A DNA stretch of 64,000 nt. Origin: Candidatus Bathyarchaeota archaeon. GTDB taxonomy: Archaea; Thermoproteota; Bathyarchaeia; Bathyarchaeales; Bathycorpusculaceae. Position 1 is the first letter of the stretch; every line of letters begins with the position of its first letter. The DNA is taken from contig OY970340.1 of the NCBI GenBank assembly GCA_963717465.1, positions 1,888,001 to 1,952,000 of the forward strand, read 5' to 3'. Below the pieces are notes generated by a model. The model was not told where the DNA came from and did not search any database. It saw nothing but the letters and a program-made list of their open reading frames with translations. The position numbers and the translations under genes are program-made. Shown piece by piece: positions 1 to 10,943 of this stretch.

Positions 1-148
1 GACGTTGGTTTTCATGATTCGGTCTGTGTTTTATTCCATTTAATTTGAATTTATACTTATTTTATTCTGAATCTACATCACTAAATCACGTTTATTAGAT
101 TTTTTAATTGCGAAAAAGCGTGTGCATTGCTTAAAAGGAGTTTGTTGC

Positions 149-850
149 ATGTCGGAAAGAGAGGCGAAGAAAGGTTTTCCTCCATTGCAGGTTATTATTG
201 CTGCTTTGGATGAGGAAGAAGGCATTGGGCTTACGATAGTTGAGCTGATGAATAATCTTGGTTTTCCGCGTGTGCTTGTTGTTGATGGAAAAAGTGTTGA
301 TCGAACGGTTGAGGTTGCCAAGGATAATGGTGCTGAAGTTGCTTTTCAGGATGGATTGGGCAAAGGTGATGCGGTGGCGAAGGCGATTGCTTGCCTTGAC
401 TTGAATGTTGATTATGTTGTTATTACGGATGCTGATTATACGTATCCGGTCGAGTATATTCCGGGGATGATTCAGATTTTAGAAGAAAAGCCCTCGGTGG
501 GAATGGTGTTAGGAAACAGATTCGATGGTATACGTGACAAGGAGGCTATGCATGATGTGTTTTACTGGGGTAATAGGCTCATTGCTTTTTATCACAACTT
601 ATTAAACGGTGTTCAATTAAGAGATCCATTGACTGGGCTTCGGGTGGTTCGGGCTGAAATTTTAAGAAGCTGGAAAGTTAAATCCAAAGGTTTCGATGTG
701 GAAGTAGAGCTTAATCATTATGTGGAGCGTCAAGGTTTTGATATCGTGGAAGTTCCAATTAATTATCGGCCAAGGCTTGGAGAGAAAAAGCTGAGCCTTA
801 AGAATGGCGCCGAGATTTTAAGGCGTATAATGTTAGAAACAACCTATTAA
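149..850 (+). CDS. GT2 glycosyltransferase, dolichol-phosphate sugar synthase-like
   Basis: VIIAALDEEEG, VVDGKSVDRT, GKGDA, DADYTY and GFDVEVE motifs; ATG149 preferred over GTG122. Confidence 0.85.
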   Translation: MSEREAKKGFPPLQVIIAALDEEEGIGLTIVELMNNLGFPRVLVVDGKSVDRTVEVAKDNGAEVAFQDGLGKGDAVAKAIACLDLNVDYVVITDADYTYPVEYIPGMIQILEEKPSVGMVLGNRFDGIRDKEAMHDVFYWGNRLIAFYHNLLNGVQLRDPLTGLRVVRAEILRSWKVKSKGFDVEVELNHYVERQGFDIVEVPINYRPRLGEKKLSLKNGAEILRRIMLETTY

Positions 851-1143
851 AAAATAGGATTTTATGCTTGTTATTCACGCTAAGCCTAAAAATTCTAGGT
901 AATCTTCGGAAGAAAGGTCAATATAAAAATTGTGACCGACGAAAACTTTGATGCAGTGCTACGAACAGGCAATATTCTATTAAAAGAAGTCATTGCAAAC
1001 AATGTTGTCGTATGTAACCCTGGGTTGTTTGTGACTATGCTTTGGAGGCAATACATTTGGCGATAGCAATATTGTTTGGTGTCTCAACCAGAAACGTAGT
1101 GTACGTATAATCGAATCAAATCTTAATGTGTGTCGTCGTAAAG

Positions 1144-1180
1144 TTTATATTTCCCACTGTGGGACTTTTTTTGGTGGGAA
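1144..1180 (+). promoter_or_regulatory. TATA box and inverted-repeat operator of the abrB-vapC operon
   Basis: TTTATAT followed by the TCCCAC-T-GTGGGA palindrome and a second GTGGGAA just before ATG1183. Confidence 0.55.
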
Positions 1181-1182
1181 AA

Positions 1183-1428
1183 ATGGGTACTGAAGAAGTA
1201 ACTGTTGACAGCAAAGGGCGGGTTCAAATACCCAAAGCGGTTCGAGATAAAGTAGGGTTACAAGTTGGAGGAAAAGCTCGCTTGAAAATAGAGAATGAAA
1301 ACATAGTTATCATGCCTCCGATTTCAGCTGAAGAGTTCATTAAGGAAATGGAGGGTTGTATTAAGGAAGGCGCCCCCGTTATGGATCCGCTGAAATTGAA
1401 GAAGATGTGGGAACCTGTAGAAAAATAA
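1183..1428 (+). CDS. AbrB/MazE/SpoVT-family antitoxin
   Basis: VDSKGRVQIPKAVRDKVGL motif; directly upstream of a PIN gene. Confidence 0.85.
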   Translation: MGTEEVTVDSKGRVQIPKAVRDKVGLQVGGKARLKIENENIVIMPPISAEEFIKEMEGCIKEGAPVMDPLKLKKMWEPVEK

Positions 1429-1440
1429 AAGTGAGCGCGA

Positions 1441-1876
1441 ATGCTGTTCGTGGATTCTAACGTATGGTGTTATTATTTTGATCAGCGCCTTCCTGAACAC
1501 GAATCTGTGCGGGGCGCTATGCGGGAAATCATAAAATCCGAGGAAATAGGCTGTAATACTGTTATAGTCATGGAAGTGGCGCATTACCTTGTCAGGCATT
1601 TCACAGAAAAAATCGCCGCGCAAGAAAATAGAGTACTTCATTAATCTAAGCAACATGCAAATCGCAGACTTTAATCGGCAAACATTGACTGAAACTGTCG
1701 AAAACCTTCTGGCGTACGCGTACGCTGAAGGCTTAGGGGGAAGAGATGCAACAGTAATTGCTACTGTGAAGTTGCAAAAAATAAAGAAAATTGTTTCTCA
1801 CGATGATATATTCAGGCGTCTGGCAAACAAACTGGAATTGGAAGTCATCGACCCCGCCCAGCCAACTGAACCATAG
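1441..1876 (+). CDS. vapC: PIN-domain (VapC-like) toxin, one frameshift near 1617-1621
   Basis: FVDSNVW..E in ORF 1441-1644 continues as KKIEYF..GRDATVIA..SHDDIF in ORF 1589-1876 after removing one base. Confidence 0.8.
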
Positions 1877-1890
1877 TATTCCATGTACAT

Positions 1891-2066
1891 GTCGTTTTGG
1901 CTTTGTTTTTGGTTTGGCGCTGGTTGAAGCATAGATACATTATTGGTTTATCTGAAGCAAAACCTGAGGTAAGTAGTCAATGAAGCTTGAGGGTTACAAA
2001 TTTATTTTTGTTATTGCAGGTTTAATTGGCAGCTTTTGGTTTTCTCATTGTATCTTAAAAATGTAG
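1891..2066 (+). pseudogene. Relic of a gene-pair junction paralogous to 24495-25600
   Basis: Reads VVLALFLVWRWLKHRYIIGLSEAKPEVSSQ* then, through an ATGA overlap at 1980-1983, MKLEGYKFIFVIAGLIG; compare ..YYIKRLLKAKPKVDAQ*/MKLSDFQLIFIAAGLIG. Confidence 0.75.
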
Positions 2067-2313
2067 GCTTGAAAGGTTCGTTGGATATTTTACGGCTGAT
2101 TCATGCTGAGGTCATTTATGTGGTCTGCTGAGAATCAGTTTTTGGTCAACATGATTAATAATAAATTGTGAACCAATCAATGTCGATTAAAACGTGACGT
2201 TTGTGATTTTCTGGGATTCAAACGCAATTACTTGAAAGAAGTATTGGAATTTGTTTCATATTAACTCAAACAGAGTTAAAAAATTAAAAATCGACTTTGG
2301 AGGAAAGATATGA

Positions 2314-3288
2314 ATGGATAGAATACTAGTGACAGGTGGCGGTGGTTTCATCGGGAGCCATTTGGCCAAAAAACTTAAGCAGCAAGGAAACTTTGTGCGG
2401 ATAGCTGACATCAAATTCGATGACTACATGAAAGACAAGTATTACTCTGAGAAGTTGACCTTGGATCTTAGAGTTTGGGAAAACTGTCTCAAAGCGACAG
2501 AAGGCATGGATAAAGTCTACAATCTTGCCGCCAACATGGGCGGAATCGGGTTCATCACAGAAATTGGCGCCGAAGTCATGCACGACAATGTTCTGATCAA
2601 TACGTTAATGCTTGAAGCAGCTAGATTAAAAAATATAAAGAGATATTTGTACACATCTTCAGCTTGTGTTTATCCAACTTATCGCCAGACAAACCCTGAA
2701 TTGGCTGGATTAAAAGAAGAAGATGCTTATCCAGCCGATCCTGATAACTTTTATGGGTGGGAAAAGCTTTACACAGAAAAATTATGCGAAGCTTATCAAC
2801 GTGACTATGGAATGAACATTCGGGTGCTTCGTTATCATAATATTTATGGCCCTGAGGGGACATATAAGGGAGGAAGGGAAAAGTCGCCTGCTGCCATTTG
2901 TAGGAAAATCTGTGAAGCTACAAATCCGGGGACAATAGATATTTGGGGTGACGGAGAGCAAACGCGCTCATATTGTTACGTTGATGATGCGGTGAAAGCG
3001 ACAGCTCTTTTGATGGAGTCGAGTTATGAAAAGCCACTGAACATAGGCTCCGATAGGCTAGTAAGCATTAATCAACTTGCAGATATGGTTATCAAAATCT
3101 CGGGTAAGAAAATTACTAAGACGCATGATCTTTCAGCTCCACAAGGTGTCAGGGGTAGAAATGCGGATTTGACTCTTGTCAAAAAGGTGCTAAAGTGGGA
3201 ACCAGAAATATCGCTTGAAGAAGGACTTAAAAAGACTTACTCGTGGATAAGTGAACAGCTTTTAGTTGCTGTGCGATTACCTAGATAA
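2314..3288 (+). CDS. NAD-dependent epimerase, GDP-mannose 3,5-epimerase-like
   Basis: TGGGGFIG, LAANMGGIGFI, SSACVYP, YGWEK and RYHNIYGPEGTYKGGREKSPAAICRK resemble GME signatures. Confidence 0.85.
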   Translation: MDRILVTGGGGFIGSHLAKKLKQQGNFVRIADIKFDDYMKDKYYSEKLTLDLRVWENCLKATEGMDKVYNLAANMGGIGFITEIGAEVMHDNVLINTLMLEAARLKNIKRYLYTSSACVYPTYRQTNPELAGLKEEDAYPADPDNFYGWEKLYTEKLCEAYQRDYGMNIRVLRYHNIYGPEGTYKGGREKSPAAICRKICEATNPGTIDIWGDGEQTRSYCYVDDAVKATALLMESSYEKPLNIGSDRLVSINQLADMVIKISGKKITKTHDLSAPQGVRGRNADLTLVKKVLKWEPEISLEEGLKKTYSWISEQLLVAVRLPR

Positions 3289-3555
3289 GAACATTCACTC
3301 GGCAGTCGTTCAGATTTTGTCTTGAAAGGAATGTCCTCAATATCACCAGTGGCATACAAGGACTTAACAGTTTTTTTTGCTTTCATATTATATCACTCCA
3401 GTTTTTTCGTAAGGAAAAAAAGATTGCTTGCTTTAGCTAAAAGTATTTGTTTTTTGTCCTTTTTAGGCTTATGTGACTGTATAAAGACAACCACCGAATA
3501 AATTTTCTGTAGATTTCCAGTTATGCTTAATTTTCTTTATGGAGTGAAACTCAAG

Positions 3556-4554
3556 ATGAAAGTTGATAAACTAAAAATTGGTGTGGTCGGATTGGGTAAG
3601 ATGGGTATAATGCATACATGCCTTCTAAATGTGTTACCCAACGCCAAAGTTTCAGCTATTTTTGATAAGAGTCAACTCATGAGGCTTATGGCAAAACGTG
3701 CGATTCATGAGGCACTGATAACTGATCAGCTGGAAAAGTTTTCCAGTTTAGAACTTGATGGGATTTTTGTTTTAACTCCTATTCCTTCTCACTATTCCAT
3801 TATAAAAGAAATTTATGCTAAGAGGCTTTCAAGAAACGTGTTTGTTGAAAAAACTCTTAGTTCTAGTTTTGAGAAGTCGGAGGAATTATGCAAGCTATCT
3901 GAAAGTAGTGCTGGTGTCAATATGGTTGGTTATATGAAGCGGTTTGCTGTTACTTTTAATCAAGCTAAAGAGTTATTGAATCAAGAAGTTTTAGGTGATA
4001 TTATCTCTTTTAGTGCTAATGCTTTTTCGTCAGATTTTGCTGATGCTGAGAAAGGTTCAATTGTGTCCAGAGGACGAGGAGGAGTTCTGGATGATCTTGG
4101 GTCGCATGTTATTGATTTAGCTATTTGGTTTTTCGGTGGCTTGAATGTTACTTCAGCTAAGGCTAATTTGCAGTTAGCTGCAGATTCAGAGGATGTTGTG
4201 ACCTTTTCGGTTTCAGGATTGAATGATCTTGCGGGTGTTTTTGAAATTTCTTGGTGCAAGAAGGGTTATCGTATGCCTGAATTTGAGTTATCTATACGCG
4301 GTGCAAAGGGGAACTTGAGCGTTAATGATGATGAAGTGCGGTTGGATCTAGGTGGTAGTTCACCTCGGCGATGGTACAAGCAGGATCTAAATGATTCTGT
4401 TAGTTTTTTGCTAGGTGGTTCGGAGTATTATCGTGAGGATAAACATTTTGTTGACTCGCTTGCCATTGGTCAGTCGTCTGCATCGGATTTTAGGAGTGCA
4501 TTACAAGTTGATTTTTTGATAAAACAGGTGAGGGATAAAATTAGAAATGACTAA
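3556..4554 (+). CDS. Gfo/Idh/MocA oxidoreductase
   Basis: GVVGLGKMG, VFVEKTL, GYMKRF, GGVLDDLGSHVID. Confidence 0.85.
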   Translation: MKVDKLKIGVVGLGKMGIMHTCLLNVLPNAKVSAIFDKSQLMRLMAKRAIHEALITDQLEKFSSLELDGIFVLTPIPSHYSIIKEIYAKRLSRNVFVEKTLSSSFEKSEELCKLSESSAGVNMVGYMKRFAVTFNQAKELLNQEVLGDIISFSANAFSSDFADAEKGSIVSRGRGGVLDDLGSHVIDLAIWFFGGLNVTSAKANLQLAADSEDVVTFSVSGLNDLAGVFEISWCKKGYRMPEFELSIRGAKGNLSVNDDEVRLDLGGSSPRRWYKQDLNDSVSFLLGGSEYYREDKHFVDSLAIGQSSASDFRSALQVDFLIKQVRDKIRND

Positions 4555-5474
4555 AGCAATTGAGCTGCTTGTTGGCGATAATCCGTTTCATGGAATAAGC
4601 CACCTTTCTCAGGAGAGAGCGCGTCAGCGATCTTCTCTGGAAGACGATAAAAGCATTCAACGGGCAACACGTATCGTGGAGTTAGGCTTGGAGAATTCTG
4701 CTGTTGGCTTCATGTTTACAGTTAGTGACGTAACGCTTTCAATAATTAAGAACTTACAAAATTGTTGTAGAAATAAAACTGTTGAGTTGTACGCTATAGT
4801 TCCTTATGCTTATGAATATGTGAGGAAAGCCACTCAAGTCGGCGGTGTCGCTGGATTGGCAAAAAGTCTTGGCAAAGAAATAATTCTTTCATCAAATGCA
4901 AAAGTTGTTGCTTTGAACTTTTTGGGGCTTTTAAGATTTGATCTCTCAGCTTTCTTGAAAACTTATGTTTCTTATGAACTTTCAAGGATAAAATCTGTAA
5001 CTAACGAAAATCTGCACCTTAAAACAATAATGCTGCATGAGCTTTTAACGGATATGGCTTTAGCTCTTGACATGAAGGATGTTTTTGAGTCTTACATTCG
5101 CTTTATGGAGAAACGTGGTGTTAAGACCGGGGTTTGAAACACGTAATTTTCCTTATTTAGTGAACAAGTTTAGTGACTGGGGTTTTGATTTTAATGAATT
5201 AACTCTTACTGCGTCGTTTAATAAAGTTGGTTTTCAGATGAACCCTTCCAAGATTGAATGTGAAGAAGCACTAAAACGAGCTGCTAACGCTGAAGTAATT
5301 GCGATGAGCGTTCTTGCAGCTGGATACATAAAGCCAGCGGATGCAGTTGGTTATTTTGCTGATCTTAAGGGCATAAGTGGGATTGTTGTTGGTGCCTCTA
5401 AAGAGCGTCAAGCAATTGAGACCTTTAAGTTATTTCGCGAATACTTGGATAAAAAATTTGAACTTGTAGTTTAA
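4547..5474 (+). CDS. Conserved hypothetical protein, possibly TIM-barrel/AKR-like; frameshift near 5125
   Basis: LLVGDNPFHGISHLS N-terminus; ORF 4547-5137 joins ORF 5079-5474 (PGFETRNFP..NKVGFQMNPS..AMSVLAAG) after removing one base. Confidence 0.65.
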
Positions 5475-5493
5475 AAGTCTCGCAAAAAAAGAG

Positions 5494-6684
5494 TTGTTAA
5501 GCTTGATTGTTCTAGCTACGGTATTGGAAGTCTTGTTTTTCTTTTGTGTTGCAATTCCAATTTCGATCTTTGGTTTTTACGGTATTGTCGTAGTCTACTA
5601 TAACAGGGCAAAAAAATATCAGGGTAAGAAAACATGGAAACTTGCTGGTAATCTTACCGAAAATGAATCTTACGAACCAACTGTTTCTATTGTTATTCCG
5701 ACGCATAATGAACAATCCATTATCACTAAAAAGATTGATAGTCTACTTGCTCTCGATTATCCGAAAGAAAAACTTGAAATTATATTTGCGGATGACTCGA
5801 ACGATTCAACACCTAACATAATAACGGAGTTTGCAACGAAGAATCCTAACATAAAACTGATTAAGTTTAAAGAACGCATCGGATACAGCCCCTCAATGAT
5901 AGCTGGGTGCAAGAGTGCAAAAGGAGAAATTATTGTTTTAGGCGACGCTGGTTCATTTTTGGATAAGGAAGCGATTAAACATTTCATCATTCACTTTCAA
6001 GACCCAACTGTTGGCGCTGTGACTGGGCGAGACGTTATCTTAAATAAAGAAGAATCAGTTGGGGACTCAGAAAATCTTTATCAAAGGATCTATAATTATT
6101 TGCGGACTGCTGAAACAAAAATTGATTCTACATTCTTTATCAAAGGTGAGGCTACAGCTGCCCGGCGAAGTCTTATACTCGATTTAGTAAATTGCACGGC
6201 CACTTTTGATACTGCTGTAGGTTTATTTCTGAGACAGAAAGGTTATAGAATAGTTTTCGACCCACAGGTAAAATTTTATGAATACGCTCCTTCTACTCAT
6301 GCGGAGAGAATCAAGCAAAAGACAATAAGAGCTTCAAACTTAATTAGAATTATCATTCAATTCAGGGCAATAATATTCAACCGAAAATACGGTAAATACG
6401 GAACAATAATCCTTCCAATGTATTTTGCAATGATTGTTATTGCACCTTCTGCATTGTTGATGGGATTATTACTTCTTATTCCGCTTATCTTTCTTAATAC
6501 CATGTTTTCATTAACAATTTTGGGAATATTTGGAGCTGCCGTCTGTATATCATTGCTACTTAGTAGATCACTTCTGATAACCTTATTAGATTTTGAAATA
6601 AGCTTGTTAAAGGCACTCTTTGGATTTTTAATGAATAAGAAACATGATAAAATCGAGACAGTTGCTTCTACGAGGAGAAACTGA
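5494..6684 (+). CDS. Membrane-bound GT2 glycosyltransferase
   Basis: N-terminal TM helix, VSIVIPTHNE, DDSNDST, QKTIR (QxxRW-like), C-terminal TM helices. Confidence 0.85.
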   Translation: MLSLIVLATVLEVLFFFCVAIPISIFGFYGIVVVYYNRAKKYQGKKTWKLAGNLTENESYEPTVSIVIPTHNEQSIITKKIDSLLALDYPKEKLEIIFADDSNDSTPNIITEFATKNPNIKLIKFKERIGYSPSMIAGCKSAKGEIIVLGDAGSFLDKEAIKHFIIHFQDPTVGAVTGRDVILNKEESVGDSENLYQRIYNYLRTAETKIDSTFFIKGEATAARRSLILDLVNCTATFDTAVGLFLRQKGYRIVFDPQVKFYEYAPSTHAERIKQKTIRASNLIRIIIQFRAIIFNRKYGKYGTIILPMYFAMIVIAPSALLMGLLLLIPLIFLNTMFSLTILGIFGAAVCISLLLSRSLLITLLDFEISLLKALFGFLMNKKHDKIETVASTRRN

Positions 6685-6798
6685 TAGTTGAAAAACACTT
6701 GAGATAATGTAAGAGCCACAATTGTATAACTTTACATTTTTTTATTACATTATGTTATGAAGAAAAGAAATAAAAAATAAAAAAAGGATGAAATTAGT

Positions 6799-7881
6799 AT
6801 GTCAGAAATTAAAGTTGGAATAGTAGGTTGCGGTTACATAGCAACAAAATGGCATATCCCCGGATACCAAAGACTTAAAGACGTGAAGGTTGCGGCCGTA
6901 TGCGACATAAGTCCGCAGCTTTCAAACTCAACCGCAAAGAAGTTCAAGGTGCCCAATGCGTATTCAAATGTCTCAGATATGCTGAAAAAAGAAGGCTTGG
7001 ATATAGTTGATATTTGTACACCTCCCGCTACACATGCTTCCTTAGCTATACAAGCAATGGAAAACGGTTGTCATGTTATGCTAGAAAAACCAATGGCTCT
7101 AAAGTCGGTTGATTGTGATCAAATGGTTAACTTGTCTAACAAGAAAAACAAGAAACTTTGCATAATCCATAATGAACTATTTCGCCCACCAATGATAGCA
7201 GCTAGAAGTCTTGTCGATAACGGTCAAATAGGTAAAGTGCTAGGCATGCAATGGACAAGGTTTACACACAGAGAAGAATATTTAGCCAAAGAAAATCATT
7301 GGATACATAAATTGCCTGGCGGGCTGCTTGGTGAAACTGGTCCCCATGCGTGCTACACTTCATTGGCTTTCCTTAAGAGAATCGTTAATGTTGACGTGAT
7401 AGCGAAGAATAATCTTAAACTCCCCTGGGCACCGTTCGATTATTTTGATATAACAATGGAAGGCCAGGATGCAGTCAGCTCAGTAATCATTTCTCACGCT
7501 AGCGATAACTATGTTGCTGACGTCGCGGTTTTTGGTAGTCAGGGCATGATTAAGATTGACTTACAGAATATGGTTCTTTTGCACTATAAGATTGAAAATA
7601 CGAAGTCGATGTCGCTTGCTAAGTATACATTGGGCGCAGGAGGACAAATGATACGCAAAGTTGTCTCAAACGGGTTAAAGCTGGCTTTCTCCAAAAAGAC
7701 GTTAATGATGGTTAATGGGCATGCAAAAGAAATAGAACTATTCGTTCAAAGCGTTAAAGATGACACTAAGCCTCCCGTGACTGGTGAAGAAGGTAGAGAA
7801 ACCATCCAAGTTGTAGAGATGATAGTAGCGAAATTTAACCAAAAATATGGAACTGTTGTGGTTAAAGCAAAGCAGTCTTAG
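6799..7881 (+). CDS. Gfo/Idh/MocA oxidoreductase
   Basis: GIVGCGYIA, ICTPPATH, LEKPMA, GGLLGETGPH. Confidence 0.9.
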   Translation: MSEIKVGIVGCGYIATKWHIPGYQRLKDVKVAAVCDISPQLSNSTAKKFKVPNAYSNVSDMLKKEGLDIVDICTPPATHASLAIQAMENGCHVMLEKPMALKSVDCDQMVNLSNKKNKKLCIIHNELFRPPMIAARSLVDNGQIGKVLGMQWTRFTHREEYLAKENHWIHKLPGGLLGETGPHACYTSLAFLKRIVNVDVIAKNNLKLPWAPFDYFDITMEGQDAVSSVIISHASDNYVADVAVFGSQGMIKIDLQNMVLLHYKIENTKSMSLAKYTLGAGGQMIRKVVSNGLKLAFSKKTLMMVNGHAKEIELFVQSVKDDTKPPVTGEEGRETIQVVEMIVAKFNQKYGTVVVKAKQS

Positions 7882-7981
7882 TATGCATGCATGCGTGAAA
7901 ACTCAACCAAAAATATCCGCCCACGTCCAAGCACCTACAATATTTCAATAATAAACAAATTACCGAACGGAGAAGAGATCT

Positions 7982-9397
7982 ATGAGGATTCCATATGGGA
8001 AGGGGATAGAATTATTTAATAAAAGTTCTTTGTCAACGCAAAGAATTCTTAGTTTCTTAATGACACCGATTCCGCGTTCTACAATTCTTGGTACAGGATT
8101 TCGAGCTTCTCTGGAGGAATTAGAGCGAACTCAATGGCTTGAATTATCAGCACTTAAGAAATACCAAGAAAAACAACTCAGAGCAATAATACGACATGCA
8201 TATCGGAATGTGCCATATTACAATAAGCTATTTAGACAAAGAAACATACAGCCAGAGGCAATTAAAACTTTTGAAGATCTTGTAAAAATTCCAATTTTAA
8301 CGAAAGCAGATTTGAGAAATCACTTCGATGAGTTGATTGCATCGAACGCTAGTATTTTCAAATATGGAAAGAGCCATACAAGCGGATCCACAGGAGTTCC
8401 AGTGGATTTCTATTTAGACCAGCAGAACAGAGAACGAGAGTATGCTGCAAAGTGGCGCCAAAGAAGATGGGCAAATGTTAATCTGAACAGTAGAATAGCA
8501 ACATTTAGGGCATTTAGAGGGCTTAGCGGCACAGACTATCTAAGTGGCAAACCTCGATGGAAAACTAATGCTCTCTCTAAAGAATTGGAATTCAATGTAT
8601 TTGGAATTAGAAAAGAAACTCTAGCAGAACAGGTCAAAAAATTGCGAAAGTTTAAACCGGAACTTATTGAAGGCTTACCATCTGCGATTGAATTGTTGGC
8701 TAAATACATGATAGACGAAAAAATCAAAGATGTTACACCTCTTGTTATCCAAACAAGTTCTGAGTCTCTGTCGACGAGAAGAGTGGCCATTGAAGAAGGT
8801 TTTGGATGTAAGGTACTTGATTGGTATGGTCAATCAGAGTATGTCGTATCGGCAGCCGAATGTCCTGAAGGTAATTATCATGTAACCGAATCAGGAGTAA
8901 TGGAGATTATTAGAGATGGAGAGCAAGTTTCGGATGGAGAGATAGGCGAAATTATCGGTACAGGGCTATACAATTATTCAATGCCTTTAATTAGGTATAG
9001 GACAACTGATGTAGGTCGATGCTCAGAGGAGAAGTGTACCTGTGGGCGGGGCATGCCACTAGTTAGGTCTTTGGAAGGGCGAGTTTCTGATTCGATCTTG
9101 GCTTCTGAAGGAAGAATAGTTACCGGACAATTGGTGGAGCAATATTGGAAGCATCAAATAAGCCATAAAGCGCCACATCTTGAATATGTTCATATCATCC
9201 AAAGAGCCAATACGAGTTTATTGGTCAAAATAGTTAAGTCAAAAGGCTACTCAGAAAAAGAGGAAGCCGCAATTGTGAACGGGTTGAATAAACTGCTAGG
9301 CCCTGAGATAGATGTTGAATTCGAAGAATTGTCTTCAATTCCAGTTCAAAGGAAATGGCGTTTTACTGAGTCAGAACTTGACATTAGTCTAATTTAG
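7982..9397 (+). CDS. Phenylacetate-CoA ligase/CapK-like adenylate-forming enzyme
   Basis: TSGSTGVP, DWYGQSE, MPLIRYRTTDVG, CTCGRG, LEGRVSD. Confidence 0.85.
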   Translation: MRIPYGKGIELFNKSSLSTQRILSFLMTPIPRSTILGTGFRASLEELERTQWLELSALKKYQEKQLRAIIRHAYRNVPYYNKLFRQRNIQPEAIKTFEDLVKIPILTKADLRNHFDELIASNASIFKYGKSHTSGSTGVPVDFYLDQQNREREYAAKWRQRRWANVNLNSRIATFRAFRGLSGTDYLSGKPRWKTNALSKELEFNVFGIRKETLAEQVKKLRKFKPELIEGLPSAIELLAKYMIDEKIKDVTPLVIQTSSESLSTRRVAIEEGFGCKVLDWYGQSEYVVSAAECPEGNYHVTESGVMEIIRDGEQVSDGEIGEIIGTGLYNYSMPLIRYRTTDVGRCSEEKCTCGRGMPLVRSLEGRVSDSILASEGRIVTGQLVEQYWKHQISHKAPHLEYVHIIQRANTSLLVKIVKSKGYSEKEEAAIVNGLNKLLGPEIDVEFEELSSIPVQRKWRFTESELDISLI

Positions 9398-9446
9398 AAA
9401 AGACTTGAGACTGTTTTTCTTTATTATTTAGCAGGTAAGTCACTTA

Positions 9447-10646
9447 ATGGCAACGCGTATATGTCGTCGCAAAAAATTCATAAAAAGTAAAACCCAAAAG
9501 ACAATTTTGCTTTTGGGGCCACTTCCTCCAACTGTCGGTGGAATTACTACATTTATCTCAGACCTATTAAAATCTGATTTACGTGAGAAATATCGACTTA
9601 CTACATTTGGCACTGAAAGACCTACTCTCGGGATATTCAAAAGCGCTTATGACTACACCATAATCATACATATAGGTTTTTTTGCTCTCATTAAATCGCT
9701 TTTCTGCACTATTTCACACTTACTGGTTTTTCCGTTTATTCTCCTCAGGTGTCGTCCGGCGATAGTACACATAAACACAGCTAGTTATTGGTCTTTTTGG
9801 GAAAATGCTTTATACGTAATTACCTCCAGAATAATTCTCAGGAAAACAATCCTTCATATTCACGGAGGCCAATTTGAGCAGTTTTACGAAAAAAGTAATA
9901 GGTGCTCAAAGTTTTTGATGAGGGGAGTCCTCAACATAGCCAACAAAGATATTGTTTTGTCATATTCTTGGAAGAAATTTTTGGTTACACTTGTTCCAGA
10001 AAACAAAATCTCTATTGTTGAGAATTTTGTTGATCTATCCGAATTTGAGAAATTTCACAAGGAAGCTAAACATTCAAATAAAATAAAGGATATGATCATC
10101 ATCCTTTTTGTTGGGGGAGCTGGAGCCAAAGGAAAAGGCCTCTACGATGTTATAAGTGCTGCCTCTATAGTTACAAAGCAATGCAAAAATGTTTTTTTCG
10201 TTTTTCTGGCTTGTTCTGGGATAAGGGGGCTCAATACCGTTTGTGAACGTAAAAAATTGATGGATCATGTGCGAATTTTAGGTTATCTTCATGGATACGA
10301 GAAATTAAGGTTGCTTTTTGGCTCTGACATTTTTGTTTTGCCAAGTTATGCTGAAGGTTTCCCAATTACAATGTTAGAAGCCATGGCTGCAGAATTACCG
10401 ATAATAGCTTCTTCTGTAGGGGCAATTCCTGATGTAATTCAAGATGGGACAAACGGATTTCTTATTAAAGCAGGTGATTATGAAGCCTTATCAGAGAAAA
10501 TACTTATACTGGCAAAAAACGCAGTGCTCAGGCGGGAAATGGCTAAGAATAATATTGCAACCATTAGGCAGCGATACAACAAAAAAATAATTCTTCAGAA
10601 ACTACAAAATGAATACGATAAGTTGCTTGGCTGTTCACTTGTTTGA
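9447..10646 (+). CDS. GT4 glycosyltransferase
   Basis: PPTVGG, HIHGG, KGLYD, LPSYAEGFPITMLEAMA. Confidence 0.9.
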   Translation: MATRICRRKKFIKSKTQKTILLLGPLPPTVGGITTFISDLLKSDLREKYRLTTFGTERPTLGIFKSAYDYTIIIHIGFFALIKSLFCTISHLLVFPFILLRCRPAIVHINTASYWSFWENALYVITSRIILRKTILHIHGGQFEQFYEKSNRCSKFLMRGVLNIANKDIVLSYSWKKFLVTLVPENKISIVENFVDLSEFEKFHKEAKHSNKIKDMIIILFVGGAGAKGKGLYDVISAASIVTKQCKNVFFVFLACSGIRGLNTVCERKKLMDHVRILGYLHGYEKLRLLFGSDIFVLPSYAEGFPITMLEAMAAELPIIASSVGAIPDVIQDGTNGFLIKAGDYEALSEKILILAKNAVLRREMAKNNIATIRQRYNKKIILQKLQNEYDKLLGCSLV

Positions 10647-10943
10647 ATTGACGATTATTAAGAATTAAAGCGGAAATTTTAACTAAGAGGCTGCAAAAAG
10701 TCTTTGACAAGCAATTACCTAAAATTACATGCGACAAACGGAAGATGGACGAGCAAGATTTGCAAATATGGCTCATAAAGGTTAGCGTGCGCTGCCCCAC
10801 TCCGAAGGACCGAAAATTTGGTCACAAGAGAGGCTTAAACTCGTTGATGTTGAATGCCAGTCGCCTTTAGAGAAAACCAGAGGGTTTTGTGACGTTGTTG
10901 AAAATTCTGCGCTTTGCTTTGAAACATATTTGAGGAATAGCTT

